DNA of 63,992 bases, filler included, from Welwitschia mirabilis (taxonomy: Eukaryota), in the NCBI GenBank assembly GCA_051453625.1. It is 5 parts of one record of this genome, joined end to end, with 100 filler letters (N's around TTAATTAATTAA, not from the genome) between each part and the next. Parts side by side here need not be neighbours in the genome. Positions count along the whole stretch, not along the records: positions 26,525 to 35,167 come from JBOZIK010000001.1; positions 35,268 to 59,737 come from JBOZIK010000001.1; 3 more parts are not named here. One strand, 5' to 3'. Numbering within the stretch: the stretch's first letter is position 1; every line of letters begins with the position of its first letter. The notes beneath the pieces were generated by a model, which saw nothing but the letters and a program-made list of their open reading frames with translations, searched no databases and was not told the origin of the DNA. The position numbers and the translations under genes are program-made. Positions 26,636 to 41,039 of this stretch are shown in pieces.

Positions 26636-27559
26636 TTGAGGAGTTAATGTGGGATAACTTGATTACAAAGAAAGGCCATGAAATTTTGAAATAGGAGTTA
26701 GTCATCTTTGCTACAGATGTAGGTGGATTTGTACATAGTGAACTATCCATAGAATTAATGTTCCAAACTTGTTATTCACAATTTATACTTGTTATGGCTA
26801 TGTGATTAATTGTACCATTGTATGAATCTAGTTAAGTATTTAGCTATTTAACTAATGTGGGTGGGAAATAGTCATAACTATTCTCTTCCCTTATAAGCCT
26901 AACTTGTAGTTCATTCATAATGTTCTAATTATTGGGTTTCTATCTTATTATTGAATACATTTTGTTTTACTTTACTTTATAAAGTTATTATATCAAGGTC
27001 TATTCTACATTTTTTTTTGCTTCTCTAACACCCACATAGTTTTCTTCTCATTTTGTGCACAGTTTGATTTATAATGGCATTTGCAGATTTTGTCTTAGTT
27101 CCTTCTTTATGTGTGATTTGTTTCTTAAAGCCATAGCAAAAGTACTGAGGTTAGTTCTTAGGTATTTTAATTTTCTTTACTCTGGCTTCTGTGTGTTCAC
27201 TTCCTTTTGAAGTATTTTTTCCAGTAATTTGTAATTTTTTGTGTACTTTAGTATTCTTTGTTGATTGCAGTGTGCATGTCAATTGTTTTGTGTTTTATTT
27301 CACGTTGAGATGTGTTATAAGTTTAGCATAATTACATTACTCAAAGTATGACTATCAAGATTTTGCTTTGTGGAAACATTTTTTCGACTATCTTTGTAAG
27401 TGCTTTCAAGAAGCTCATTCAGGTTTTAGTTTATTTTGTTTGTTTTGGTTTAAGTAATTTTGTTTTTCAGTGGTAGATCGTGATATGGGTAATTTGATAT
27501 GTTGGATGAATGTTGACTTAATACTTGTTCAAATATGTTCAACTTGTGTCGTAATTTTT

Positions 27560-28150
27560 GTTTCATAGTTTGTTGCCTTCTTGACATTTGATGCTCTTGT
27601 CACATTATTCAGATGGTAAGACAATGATTTTCAAGGACAAATCCCTTGCTTAAATAGCTTTGGGTGGCCATAAGAAGTTGGAAGAGAAGTTACAGTGTCT
27701 TCTATTTAAATTTTGTTACAACTTTTTGACTAATTTGTTAGATATTCTGAGTTTGTTACATTAACTATCCAATCATTACTTGAATTAAAGGTCACTGCAA
27801 ATAGAGGCACTTTTGACCACTACAGTTAGGATGCATCGTTAGTTAAAGTCACTTAGCAATGCCATCAAGCAATGGGTACAAACATTGCAACTTGAACTTG
27901 GTCATTGCTTGGCAATGAGTTCAGCTTGCATAGCCATGAAGGCATTACCAGATTGTCACCCGACAATGGTAAGTAGTGATGATATACGGCTTGCAAAATA
28001 ACTTGTATTTGATATCGTATCATCCTTGGTGCTTAACCTAATCAACCAAGTTCATTCTTGATCCCTTGAATTGATTACCTTGATGTAACCTAGATGCTTT
28101 TTTTATTGTTTACAAATGTGCCAATCCTTTTTCACTCTATCTACTCTTTT
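27560..28150 (-). repeat. Partial family C LTR
   Basis: Colinear with 28760-29330 (cttgcttaa(a/g)tagcttt...gagaagttaca...ccaatcattacttg). Confidence 0.65.
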
Positions 28151-28384
28151 TGCCTTAGAAATCCCATAGCCTTAGCCTAGCTAGGCAAATTCATCACAAA
28201 AGTAGCCATCCAAGCGCCAACGAGGTTGAAGTAGGTAAACGATCATGGATTCATTCACCTTTGCTATCACATTTGGATTTGTTGAGGCAAGAAGGCATCA
28301 TTAGTCACAGTCTTTTCTTGATAGAGTGATGGATCGTGTAGGCTTCAAAGTAAAGTTGAGTTAGGCAAAGCCAATTATCTTGAG

Positions 28385-29350
28385 TATCATAACCTGAAAA
28401 GAGGAGAGTGGAGAGGAGAAGAAAGAGGGAAAGAAAGAAAAAGGCAAATTGTTGTTACAATAAAAACAATTACAAAAAGTTTTATTACACAATAATGTAC
28501 CTAATTAACCATATATGTCACCACATCTATATATTTGGCTATTTCTCAATTGGTTTCAAATTATGAATTATAAATACATGGAGAATGCAAATACATCAAC
28601 TATACATGTATTACACCTTGCAATTGGAGAAATATCAAATGAATTTCATTAAGTCGATTTATTGCATATATATATGACATACATTGAATGATTCGAATAA
28701 GGGTCCAACCCCAACAAATAAGATGAGGCAAGAGGCCTTGTTCCAGTGCTCTCCAGATGGCCTTTTTGATGCTTCTTATTTCTTTCATATTATCTAAGTG
28801 GCAAGAAGATTATTTGCTACAAGTTCCTTGCTTAAGTAGCTTTGGATGGTCATAAGAGGTTGAGGGAGAAGTTACAAAGTCTTACATTTAAATCTTATTA
28901 CAACTTGTTAACTAATTAGTCAAATATTCTAGGCTGGTTACATTAGCTATCCAGTCATTACTTGTGTTGCCAGGTCATTGCAAATAGAGATACTTCAACC
29001 ATTAGAGTTAGAAGGTGTCGTTAGGGAAAATTCTCTGACATTGCCATTTAACGATGGGCACATGCATTGCACATTGCAAGTGTCATTTAGTCATTGCTAG
29101 GCAATGTGAGGTAGTAATGAGTTTGGCTTGCGTAGGCATGAATCAGGTTGTTGCTTGATGATGGTAAGTAGCAATGATTTTGCCACTTGTAAAACATCTT
29201 GAATTTGATCTTGTTTCGTTCCTCATGCTTGATCAAATCACCCATGTTTCTTCATCCTTGTAATTGATTACTTTGGTATAATTTTGATGCTCTATTTCTC
29301 GTTTAAAAATGTTGAAATTCTCTTTCACTGTATGTGGTCTTTCTCCCTTA
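28385..29350 (-). mobile_element. Family C LTR
   Basis: Starts tatcataacc (cf. complement of ggattatgaca at 34890); shares the agatgaggcaag...ttgcttaa.tagc block with ~18395-18520. Confidence 0.65.
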
Positions 29351-31496
29351 AAATCCTAGGAAATCATACTGACTTTCCACCCACTGTACCCCTTAGAAGC
29401 CTCGTGTTGTGTTTCCTTCATTGGAGGCATAGTGATTATTTTCAATCCCTTCCGGGCGGGAAGCACATCTATGTAATTCACTATAGCCTCAAATTGTTGC
29501 TTCAAAAATGAATTTGCTTGACAGTTCTTTCTCTAGGTTGATTAATTGTCTCAGGAAGGGAACTTTCTCATTAGGTGACACTGCTTAAGCACAATTCATT
29601 ACATTCAAACTAGTGAGTCCTATTGATCGTGCAACTCTCTCCCACATGCATCTCTTTGATGAAGCAACCTCATCTTCCAAATCAAAGGCAAAATCTAAAG
29701 CATCTTTTTATGAGACTTCTGAGGTTCTTCATCTCTTACATGTTGTGGAGTCTTGTACCATGCATATCAAGGAACCTTAATCTCTTAATGCTTTTCAATT
29801 GTTGATACTTCACCTAGTGGTAGTTCGGAGGCAATTTCTCCTTCTTCAGCCTTTGATGATGATGATGCTTAATGTGTTTTTATTCCTCTCTTTTGTTTTG
29901 TCATTGATGCTAAAAGGGGAGTAGTGTATGTCATTGCAAAATATGCCACCATAAAATGAAAGCATTATAGCTGAGATATTATTACTTTTTGTGTGTGTCT
30001 TAGCCATGTTGTGCCAAATCAATTTTTGGTTTTAGCTATGTTGTGACAAGTTAGCTCTTTTTGGTCTTCTGGACTTCTTTTGATATTTTGTCAAATGCTC
30101 CATGTAATGTCGTGATACCATGGAATGAAATTGGTCTTTGCTGGTCTTTATATAAATTGTAAGCTCAATTTTTTCAAATATAATATGTTTACTCTTATGT
30201 AGATATGCAAAGCATTTCAATATCTATAAGCTCATTGTTCAAATTTTGTTAAAGCTGAGCATTCGTTAAGGGGAAGATAATCACCCTTGTTTTTATTACC
30301 TGTTTAACTATGATGCAAGAGTTTTTCTATAAATTGTCAGCAATGACCAAGGGGAAGTTTGTTGGAAAATTGTCAATGATGCCCCCCTGAAAAGGAAAAT
30401 TGTCATTCATGCCCTCAAAAAGTGTGTTAGTGTGCTTGTGTATAGGTAAGGGTCTGATCTGAGGGCAACCCCAACCTTTTCAATGACGACGAGATGAACT
30501 CTGTAGAATTCTTAGCAAGGTCGACCCAACGTATGTAAGGGTGACTAGATTTAAGTCTGCAAGATTCATAGTGCAGTCAAACCAACAAGTTTGAGGGCGA
30601 TCAGTTTAACCTCTATAAAATTGATAGTGAGGTTGATACACCACATGTGAGGGCGACCAGACTCAACCTGGGAAAACCAAATTTAGTGAGGTTGACCCAA
30701 CTTTTAGTAAGGTCATTCGGATTAAAAATACACAAAGACAGATTAAACTTAGGGTGACATAGTTTTTTTGGGGGCAACCTAGCAAGCTATTCCTTGGATT
30801 TCAAAAGCATCCGTTAGTGAACTGGAAGTAGATCCTCTCCGAATCTACTAAGCTAAACTGAATCTGGAAGTCACTAGGAGGAAGGACCAGCTTGATCATT
30901 TCATATATAACCTCTTCATTTCAAAAAGAGATTTTTTTTCATGCAAGGCAATCACATGTAACACCACTCAAATTTCCCTGTTTTATTCTTGATACAATAT
31001 TCCTTTGAGATTAAGCTTCAAAGGCCTCAAGTGTACTATTCCTGGGATATTTTAGTGCAAGAAGGCACAAGATAGCTCCATTCTCATTTGATATTCTGTG
31101 AGGTTTTTGGATTAGCCCTTAAAATCCAAAGAGTTGTTTCAAGGGTTTATGGTGGACCTAGCAAAACCATTGTTCAGTGAATATACCAGCCATTATTTAG
31201 GCTGATCCTTTTATCAGCTCTCCCTAGTTTCTAGCAACTCCTTAGTGCCTTATGACACACTGTTTGGAGATCATCTATAGATTTCCAAGTAATTTTTTCT
31301 TCATCGATAGCTTTCCCATTTTGTTCCCTTTGTTGAAGTGCATTAAATTTGGTTATTACTCTTGAGTGCATGCATTCTTTGTTTCTTTTTCTATAGTCTC
31401 GTCATTTTTCATTAGGCAATTTCCTTGTATTGTTATTGTAATAGCTGTGGAATGCTATTGCATGAAACCCCTATGTTGCAACTTAGATCCACCAAC
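29350..31496 (+). mobile_element. SIRE-like copia 3' end: decayed internal region, multiple PPTs and LTR 30360-31496
   Basis: PPT-like taaaagggggag (~29911), aagggggaag (~30268) and caaggggaag (~30348), then tgttgg...ccaaca; internal agggc(a/g)acc repeats. Confidence 0.65.
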
Positions 31497-32376
31497 ACAA
31501 TGTTGGTTTCTACAAACTTTTATTTTTTTCTTTTTTCTCTCTTTTAAGCTCAAGGTTAACTCTTTGCGTAGGCTACAATTTGTGAATTAGCAAGTGTGAA
31601 TGCTGAGGAAAGTATGAACTGTAAAGAATGTGGTTTGTGATTTTTAGACTTATATGAAAGTCTACTCTTCTTGTTCAACACTTTGTTTAGGCAATAGCAG
31701 AAATCTTCATTTTTCCAACCCATGAAAGACATCTATATATTAACATTGCTGTACAATCAAAAGCATAAATTATAATCTTGTTTCATAGGATTTTGCATGT
31801 GTAACTTATCTAACCCATTGATAAGGATTTTATGCTCTTGATTCTTAGCTATTTGCAAATACCTCACTTGTACTCTTAAAGCATGTAACATTAGAATGAG
31901 GAAAGTCATAGTAATAGGACCTCCACATATTATACTCCATGATTTCATCTTTTTGAACTTCAAAATCTGTTTGGCAATTGGGAACATTCGAAATGAATAT
32001 CTATGTTTTTTGGTCCTACTTTAGCACTTATTTCATGTTCATCTTTGATCCTTACTTAGCAGTGATTAACCATGTTATGTTGAGATAATAGTGTTTGTGG
32101 TTTTAGAGGGAGCTTTTCAAGACATAAATGTAATATTTATTGAAATGGTGGTGTTTATGATAAGAGGAATGCTTAATTCTATTGCATTTCTTTTAAGCCT
32201 CTTCTCTCTTAGCAAAAGAAGTATTGTTGGAATAATGTCATATTGAAACAATACTTAATTTTATATAAGTTGCAAACATTGTGACATTTTATGACTTGAA
32301 ATCTTGCCTTATATTCATGAGTAATTTGATGATTGAGGGTGACATTTAAATATTATAGTTTTCTTATTATTCTATC

Positions 32377-32378
<2 letters not shown>

Positions 32379-32424
<46 letters not shown>
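32379..32424. repeat. (CT)23 microsatellite
   Basis: Perfect CT run. Confidence 0.97.
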
Positions 32425-32429
<5 letters not shown>

Positions 32430-32539
32430 TGAAATTTTTAATGTGTGATGTATGTGTTGTAGTGGCTTCCTCATCTTCTAGATTGTTAAGAACATTAAGG
32501 TAGGCATCAAATCCTTCCACTTGTACAACACACCAATTA

Positions 32540-34890
32540 GATCTAGATTACGTGTCTAAAGAGCATCCTGAAGAATAACAAGAAGAATGATTCTAGGAAA
32601 CCCCAGAGGGCACAGGGGCACTCAAGAAAGAACAGGTCTAGAAGGCAACTATTTGGAAAGCATAATTCTTAGTGAAAAAAATGCTTTAGAAATGTTTTGA
32701 CATCAATGGATAACACGATGATGGAGAAGATCAAAGTGACAAGATAGAAATTGATTTTGTCTAATGATGGACAATTTTTGCACTGAGAAATCAAGGAGTT
32801 CTTCCTAAACATTGGCAGGACCAAAGAAAATGACAAGGACTTTTTGCCATCCACTATGTATGGGGCCAAAATCAAAATTAGAGTACACACTATGGCTCAA
32901 GAATTGGAATGTTGGGAAGGGGTCGGAAATTCTTTTCTCTGATTGGTACAATTGTAGAAAGGATGGAGGCTACATGGGTCTTGGTCCCTAATTACAGAAC
33001 AATGTTATATCCAAAGGGGTTCAAGCCAAATACCCTTATAGAAAGGTAATAGATAGTGGCCAAAGACATCCACGTCAACATCATCCCTTCTCCCTACACT
33101 AGTAATAACTTGCCTACACTCATTTAGGGACAAATTGCAAACTTTACCAATGAGGGAAAACCACGCTTTTGCCCTTATCTATGCCTGATTGACAAATTGA
33201 TTTGGCACTTTGTTCCCTCCACAGGGATGCAGGTTTCATTTCTAGCTCTATTGTGACAATTTGGAAAGAGCAAATGATTGGCTTCAAGCTTCCTCGTGCC
33301 TCCACATCTGGGCCTTGTCCGTCTGCATTCGCTACAACCTCATCCGTTACTCCTCCAGTGGTGATGCAGGTCGAGAAATTTTGATTTTTGGTTGACAAAA
33401 TAGCAAGCTTGGAGTGGCAAGTTGGAGAGAGGAGGCCCTCTTTTTATCACTAGCTCATAGCAGTTTGATCTGAAGTTGCTTAGTGCATGGAAAATGTTAG
33501 AGAGGGGTTGTAGCTCACAACAATCCAATTTGAGGTTGCTTAGTCTATGAAAAATGTTAGAGAGGGGTTGGCCTAAGTTGATTACACATTCTTTCAATAA
33601 TAGAAGTCTTAGTTTGATGGCTACAACTAGTAATTGGCCAACCTAATGGAGAAGATGAATATTTTGACTTTTGGTGTTTACAATACAGAAGCGAAAAAAC
33701 CCACTTTTGGCGAGGAAGAGGAGAAACTTGCTTTTGTTACTCTAGTTGAGGAGCCCCTTCTTGAAGTTGCCCCTTCTTTTGCTCCGTCTCCCTCACATCT
33801 TTGATGTGAGTTGGTGAGCTACATTATACATGATAATTTTTGGATTTTTGATTTTTTTAAAAACATGACTAATGTTAATGAAAATTTAGATTCCTTTTCA
33901 TATTACTTTAATATTTGCACTCTTATTCCATGGGTCTCATTCATTTATAACCGGCCTACTTTGCCATGGTTTGTCAAGGGTCTGACAAGTGGCTGTGATA
34001 GAGAAAAAAAATGAAACCTATGAAAGGTACTAATGGTGAAATATCTAAGTGTGTACAAGGTTAGAGGTCTTTGTAGAAATCAGGCAAAGAATCAAAAGCA
34101 ATTGAATTTGAAATCACAACAAAATAGATACATTTAGAAAACATCACTAATTGTTGTTGCCTAGTGACACTAAGAAGTGATGTAACCGCGAGCAAGACCA
34201 TCACCTAGTGATAGAACTAGCGACTTCTTGTATGAGGATCAACACATGCCATCGCCTGATGATGATCTAGTGACCATACTTTTTCATCGCGGTTGTTGCT
34301 ACATGGCCTGGCCTAGTAAGTACCCAATGACGCCTTCTTGTGTGTTTCACTGAGAGTGTCACTACATGTCATCGCTAAGCAACGCAAGTAGTGATGATAT
34401 GGTCCTTAACCAACCTGCTTAGCTTCTCATTTAACCTCTACCTAACTTTCAAGCTATTAAAGCAAAGAGCTTGTCCTTTCAAATCCAGTCTTTCGATGGC
34501 TTGGATGACGTGACAGAAGTAGCAGGTGCTAAGGAAGCCAGTGGGAGAGACTTGGATCTAGGTCCTTGCCTCACTTGTCAGTTGGGGTGAGACCCTTTTG
34601 TCCAAGCCCTCAATGTAAGTCATATATTTTGTTGATATTTGACTTAATAAAGATTTTGTTTCTATTTTTCAAATTGTGCATTAGTTTACATTGTAGAGTA
34701 ATGATTGATTGTTGACGTGAATTTGATAGATGGTTTGAGACTAGTTGTGTGACAACCAACTAGATCTATGTTGTGATTGCATTGCTAGATTAGATGCATT
34801 GTTGTTTCCTTTATTATTGATTTAACCTTTTTATGAAATAGTTTCCATTCTCTCTCCTCTCTAACCTTGTGCCTTCATTGGATTATGACA
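32540..34890 (+). mobile_element. Family C element: decayed plant-transposon-protein/env-like ORF (~32540-33810) plus LTR 33994-34890
   Basis: Homologous to 20650-22125; LTR tgtgatag...ttatgaca homologous to 18045-18999 and 28385-29350. Confidence 0.7.
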
Positions 34891-35599
34891 TTCTGGATTG
34901 CTAAATAATGTGAAACATATGTTTATGCTAGCAACATTTCTTTAGTGACTTGGATCTTGGAGTGGTCAATGTCAATCCCTCCCTTTGATATGCTATGACT
35001 TAGGACAATTTTGCCTTTTTGACATTGTCCCTTCTTCCGCCAAATTACCAATTTTCCTCAATGCCGTCTCACTCTTCTTGCAATATTGCATGGTATTCTG
35101 CCAATTCTACATTTGGTGATGCTCCCTCTTATTATTGTATGTCTTCCATTTGAAATTTCTTGTTATTNNNNNNNNNNNNNNNNNNNNNNNNNNNNNNNNN
35201 NNNNNNNNNNNTTAATTAATTAANNNNNNNNNNNNNNNNNNNNNNNNNNNNNNNNNNNNNNNNNNNNTGGTCAAATTCATTATTGTACTTGGATTGTTTG
35301 GTTAATTGAAGATTATTGAGATAGATTTTGGAATCTTGGATTCCTTATCAAATGTGTTTTCTTGGTTATGATTGTTGCCAATTTTCATGTATACAGACTA
35401 AACTTTAACACTAAGGGTTTGATTTAATGGGTTGCTCCAATAACGTCAAAGGAAAGATTAAACAATCGACATAAATGTCTTGACTGATTATATCTACATT
35501 TACTAACATTTTGGAAGGATATTTACTGATTTGCATGGCTGGTTAGGATTGTGGACTGCCATAAAATAATGTTTGATGAGGTACCAAATCTGATTTCTT

Positions 35600-36520
35600 G
35601 ATGAAGCTTTTTGGGCATAACCATGAGAATTAAACAAACACTTGCTGTCCTCCTCCTTATTTCCAACATACCTCATCATTCCCTTGGGATGAATGCATCA
35701 CATCATGAGGCCTTACCTTTTTGCTAGATATGTTGGTGCTTCTTCTTTGTAGAAGCTTTCATTTCCCTTTGTTGAAGAATGTATCCACCTTCATGTTCTC
35801 CAATTGTCCAATAGAATCGATATTCGTAATAGCTATTGGAATTTGCCTTACTTTTGGTATAATGATGCTTTTGCACCATCCTTTTATAATATCAAAATGC
35901 TAGTATTTGCTATTTTCAATTTATTGTGATAAACAAATATAAGGGTCCTTCCATTTCTGTGAATTTGGTGAATGCTTTCTTGGGGGGCACTAAAATGAGC
36001 TTCTGAATCAATGATCCATTGTTCCTTACTTATGTCTCTATTGTCAAGTTGCATGGAAAGAGTCTTTATTGTTTTTGCTATGTTGTAAGGTGCAANNNNN
36101 NNNNNNNNNNNNNNNNNNNNNNNNNNNNNNNNNNNNNTCCTTATGATGAAGAACGTAGCCACCCTCATGTTGTCCAATAGTCTAGTAGAAAGGATATTCC
36201 TAATAGCTTTTGGAATGTACCTTACATTTGGTATAATGTTGCTTGTTCCATCATCCTTTTAGAATATGAAATTACTAGTACTTGCTATTTTCAATTGATT
36301 GTGATATACAATTACAACTGATCCTTCCATTTCTGTGAATGTGGTGAATGCTTAGTTTGTAGTAACATGGACTTAGGCTCCTAGATCAACAATCCAACAT
36401 TCCTTACATGCCTCTTTTTTGTTAGGTTGCATGGAAGGAGCCTCCATCGTTTTTGCTATGTTATAATGTGTAGCATCATCTTCTAATTCTTGTGCCCTCT
36501 TTGATGTTGTTTCTTTCGCT
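35600..36520 (-). mobile_element. Copia gag/protease fragments with a diverged tandem duplication
   Basis: EQWIIDSEAHF protease-like motif (ORF 35884-36177); 35810-36095 repeated at ~36180-36470. Confidence 0.65.
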
Positions 36521-36699
36521 GGGTCCTATAATTGATTAAGCAAAATGGGAAATATCCTTGCACATGTCCTTTTGTTAATACCATTAGCATACAATATAAT
36601 TGTGTTCCTTCTGGCGTATTGCTTTCCTTCATTTTGGAAATGTTTGCCTCTACTAGTATTCATTCCTCTGCCTACTTTCATCCTTACATTTATTCTTGT

Positions 36700-38400
36700 C
36701 TCTCCATTTTACACCATAAAGACCCTAATTTTTATGATATGCCAAAGCAATTTCTCAATGCAAAATTAGAGGAGGCATATGTGGAACAACTAAAAGGTTT
36801 TCTTGTAAATAGAAAAAAATAAGTTTGCAAGCTCAAGGATATGTGCAGTCTAGAACTAGCTCCCTATTGTGGGTATGTTGAAAACATGAAATAAACTTTG
36901 CGTTCTATCAATTAACTTTAAAGGATTAGTTTTAGAGAATACTGTATGTGATGCAGACAAAAGAAATGTAGAGCTGTAGTACTTGTTCTTTATGTTAATG
37001 ACATAATCATCATGGAGGAGATTTTGGGCAAGATAGGTAGGTAGAAAAACAACTATCAAATAAATGTGAAGTGTTAGACTTAGGACTACTACATTTCTTC
37101 CTAGAGTACAAATCGTCCGAGCAAAGTTCAATAATCATGATATCTCAAAAGGAAACATGCTAAAGCAAATACTAGAGAAGGCTGAAAATGGCTATGTGTA
37201 AAGTTATCTTTGTTCAGTTAGACCAGTCAAAGGTAAAAAGACCCTGAATTCATGGGCACATCTTTGTGTAGACACAAGATTGAAAAGTTAATGTGTTTAT
37301 CTTATAACTAAAGTCAATTTGTTGCCCATGCAAAAACCAACCAACAATCATGTGAGATTGTCAATGGATATATTCAAATATTTGAAGGGCTCAAAGGATA
37401 TATTCAAATAAGAACATCTGTAATTGATTTTATGGGTTTTGACTAGGTAAGGGAGAAAGGCACAACAATAGTCATTATCTAATTATGTAGTGTATCATAG
37501 TGGAAACTTGATATGATAGAGAACCATAAAAAAGGAAGACCAACTATTGTGCATATAAGTAGACTACTATGCTATAGGAGAACTGATAGATAGAAAAATG
37601 GTTAAAACAAATTCCAATAGATGTGAGTGAACTTGTGACACATGTGTAAACTTCTTTTGTGAAGTTGGACTGCTATTATGCTAATTAAGAATTTTGTTTC
37701 TATGAGCGAACAAAGCACATTAATGTGAAACTTCGCCACATAATTTATATTTCTTTAATGAAAGATGGGATATTGAAGCTTGATAGGTTAAGACAAAACA
37801 TGATGTAGTCACTGAACTCACTAAACTCTATCCAAAACATGTTTTATGATGCTTAGGGAAAAGCTATGCTATGGAAAGTGAACTTTTAAGAAGTTTGTGA
37901 AGAAAAAAGAAGGGAGGTTAAGGAAGGGGGTTTGAAATGCAATAAACTATGTTTTTAATGTTTGATAGAGAAACAACTCCAAGACAAGTGTTGAAGGTAA
38001 TTCATGTGCCTCTGCATGGGGATAGTTTAAGAATCAAATGACTAACTCAATCACAACCATCCATTAACCAAATAGGCTAGGTAATTAAACTAACATTGCA
38101 AGGTTATGAAGAGTAATGCAACCCTCAAGTAAAGTATAAAGAGAGTTACATGAGTTAAAGGGAAAACATATGACAATAAGGTGATCTTCATCCAAGGTTA
38201 GGTAATTAAACTAACATATGGAGGTTATGAAGGGTAATGATATCCTTGAATAGAATATAAAGGGTGTTGCTTAATGTAAAGAAAATTTTTTTGACAATGA
38301 GATGATCTTCATTGAAGTGCAACTTAGAAAACAATATGGAAATAAAAAATGTGTATACTATCTAAACTTAAAAGTACCTTTCTTAAACATTTATTCATTC
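36700..38400 (+). mobile_element. Highly decayed copia RT/RNase H and probable LTR
   Basis: FLNAKLEEAYVEQ..., VLVLYVNDIII (~36978), YERTKHINVK (~37700); purine tract followed by tgttgaagg at ~37989. Confidence 0.7.
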
Positions 38401-41039
38401 CTATATATCTCATATTTTTGTTGTTCTTATTTATATAAAGAACACTTTAAACTGGATTCCCTTACAGGAAGGACCTATGTAAGTAGACACTTCTAGAGTA
38501 CCATGATCATCCATTTGCTCATCATCATCCACTCATTCATTCTTCCACAAGGTCATTCTTGAAGCACGAAAGTAGGAATTCTTTTCTTGTTCTTTTATTT
38601 CTTTTCACTGTTTGCAAGGTCCCCGTGCCACTAGATTAGATGTTGCCCCATGGGAAATTTAGAGCTCCTCCACCATGGTCACAAAGCAGCACAATGATCA
38701 TCCTAGGCTACTAGGATGGATACCTACTTGGCTAGGATCTTAGTTGATAATGTGCTTGGTACAGGCATGGGATGATAACCATTTGTGTTGAGACCCACTA
38801 CTGAATTACAGGAAATTACTTGGGCCCTTGGGATAAAGGTGCATTCTCATTATACCTTGGACTCATCTTTGCATGTGGAAAATGCCACTAAACACATAAT
38901 ATGAGTTTCCCATAGCCAAGGATTGCGTAATGTTAGCTTGTTACATGATTTTTGTTAGGATAAAAATGGTACCCTAGAGGAGGCGTGAATAGGTGTTATT
39001 GAAAAAACAATGTGTTATAAAGCAAAAACAACAGTAGAGAAAATGTAAACACAGGTAAACAAGTGCACCAAGTATTTATAATGGTTTGGCACCCTTGCCT
39101 ACTTCACTCTTAAGGGGCAGTAATAGCTCTCAGCCTCGTGGTTTCCTTANNNNNNNNNNNNNNNNNNNNNNNNNNNNNNNNNNNNNNNNNNNNNNNNNNN
39201 NNNNNNNNNNNNNNNNNNNNNNNNNNNNNNNNNNNNNNNNNNNNNNNNNCTCAGCCTCTTGGTTTCCTTAAACCTCTTTGAGTAAGATGTACAAACACCC
39301 TTCTCTCAAGGGATTTTTGCTCTTATAGCAAGTTGCTTACTTATGAGCCTACACAAACAATAAGCAATTGGACGCCCTGATGGAGTATGTGCCTTTCATG
39401 CTCTAAGCATCAGCTTTTTCAAACAATAATTCTTCAAGGAGTTGATATCTCAGTGAGGTATATTCACACTTGATAGTACAATCACTTTGAGAATAGTTCC
39501 ATACAGTTCCAAAAATTCTTTACAATGACAAGGACACTTTGTACTTTTATAGATTTCACTTAAAAACTAGATGTTAGAATCTCGCTTGAAGTGCTCTGAA
39601 CTTTGGTTGAGGTGCCAAGAAGGTCTTCTAGTTGTTAGCTCCTTGAAGTGTACAATGCAACATTCACAAAATTTACATTTTTACCCCGACGTTCGCCTGG
39701 GTGGATCTCCAATTTTTATAAGCTAGATGTCCCAATTTTAATAGCTGCTCTCTGTCAAAACTGAGAAGGGATCCAAATGTTCCCTATTAGTAGGTTGGAC
39801 GTCCTGATACATTGAGATAGATTTTAGACCAGATGTCCTGGTTTTGTAGGGCGGATGTCCCTATATGCTAAAGCTGGGTACAAGTCTGAATGTGCTAGTT
39901 TTGCAAGGGGAACGTCCCAGTATTTTGTTGCATTCAAACTTCCATTTGTTACTCTCAGTCGTTCTGCTTGCTTTTCATCGGATTCCTTTAGCATGTAGAC
40001 AATCTCCTTGTGTTGCTGCAAGTCCGAATTTCTTGTCACGAACTCCAAATGGATCATGTTGGTCCAATTGTCAGCATTAAAATTGATTTCTCCAACAGTC
40101 TTCCCCTTTGATGATGACAACACTTTAGGTGCTTGGACAACAGAGTATGAGAGAGTTGATCGCTACATGCTTTGCTCCCCCTCAATTTGTGCTCCATTTA
40201 AAGAGCATCAAATGCATTGGTTGTGTTCCATCACTAAATGTGCAATATTGAAAGTTCGATGCTTGAGAAGCAAAAGTCCTACAACAAAACACACCCTTAC
40301 AAGGATAGTTGCAGCACTACTGGAACATTATTCATTAAGCACTATCATCTACATACAAGATCACAATAAGCTAATTGATCAAAGGAGGATTTTTCTATTC
40401 CTCAAACTAGTTGATACCAAGTGTTAAGATCTCTTATTGCACACTGAGTCATTAAGCCGAGTGATTAGCTTGAATAATGCTATACTAGTATTGACCGAAC
40501 AATATGAGTATATTAAATCCTTGAAACTACATCAGTATCAAGCCCAACCATCAAAAGGAGGAAGTAAAGAATGATATTATTGATCACTTATGAATGTTCA
40601 ATAATAACAACTATACTTACTGGTTAGCACAACATGGAATAGCCTCATCAAATATAGGAATTACCCAATAATCAATAATATTGATTCGCCATTACTAAGA
40701 AGTAGGAAGCACAATGCAAAGGTAAGAGGCATTATTCAAATTTAACCGGTAAAGATTTGCTTAAGGCTAATTAAACACACACTATTCTAAAGCTAAAATT
40801 AATTGCACATTATTCAAAACTACCTAAAGCACCTATAATTCTACCCCTTTGTCATCATTGAAAGGATGGTATGAGATACAAAATAGAGTAAGAAAGGGTG
40901 TATATTCTTAAAAAGAGTTTAACAGTATTACAACGGAATTCTAAATAGCATAGAGTGAAGGACAAGAGCTTAAAGAATGGAGTCTAATTTAAAGAATAAC
41001 ATAGAGTAAAGGACAAGAGCTTAAAGAAAGGAGTCTAAT

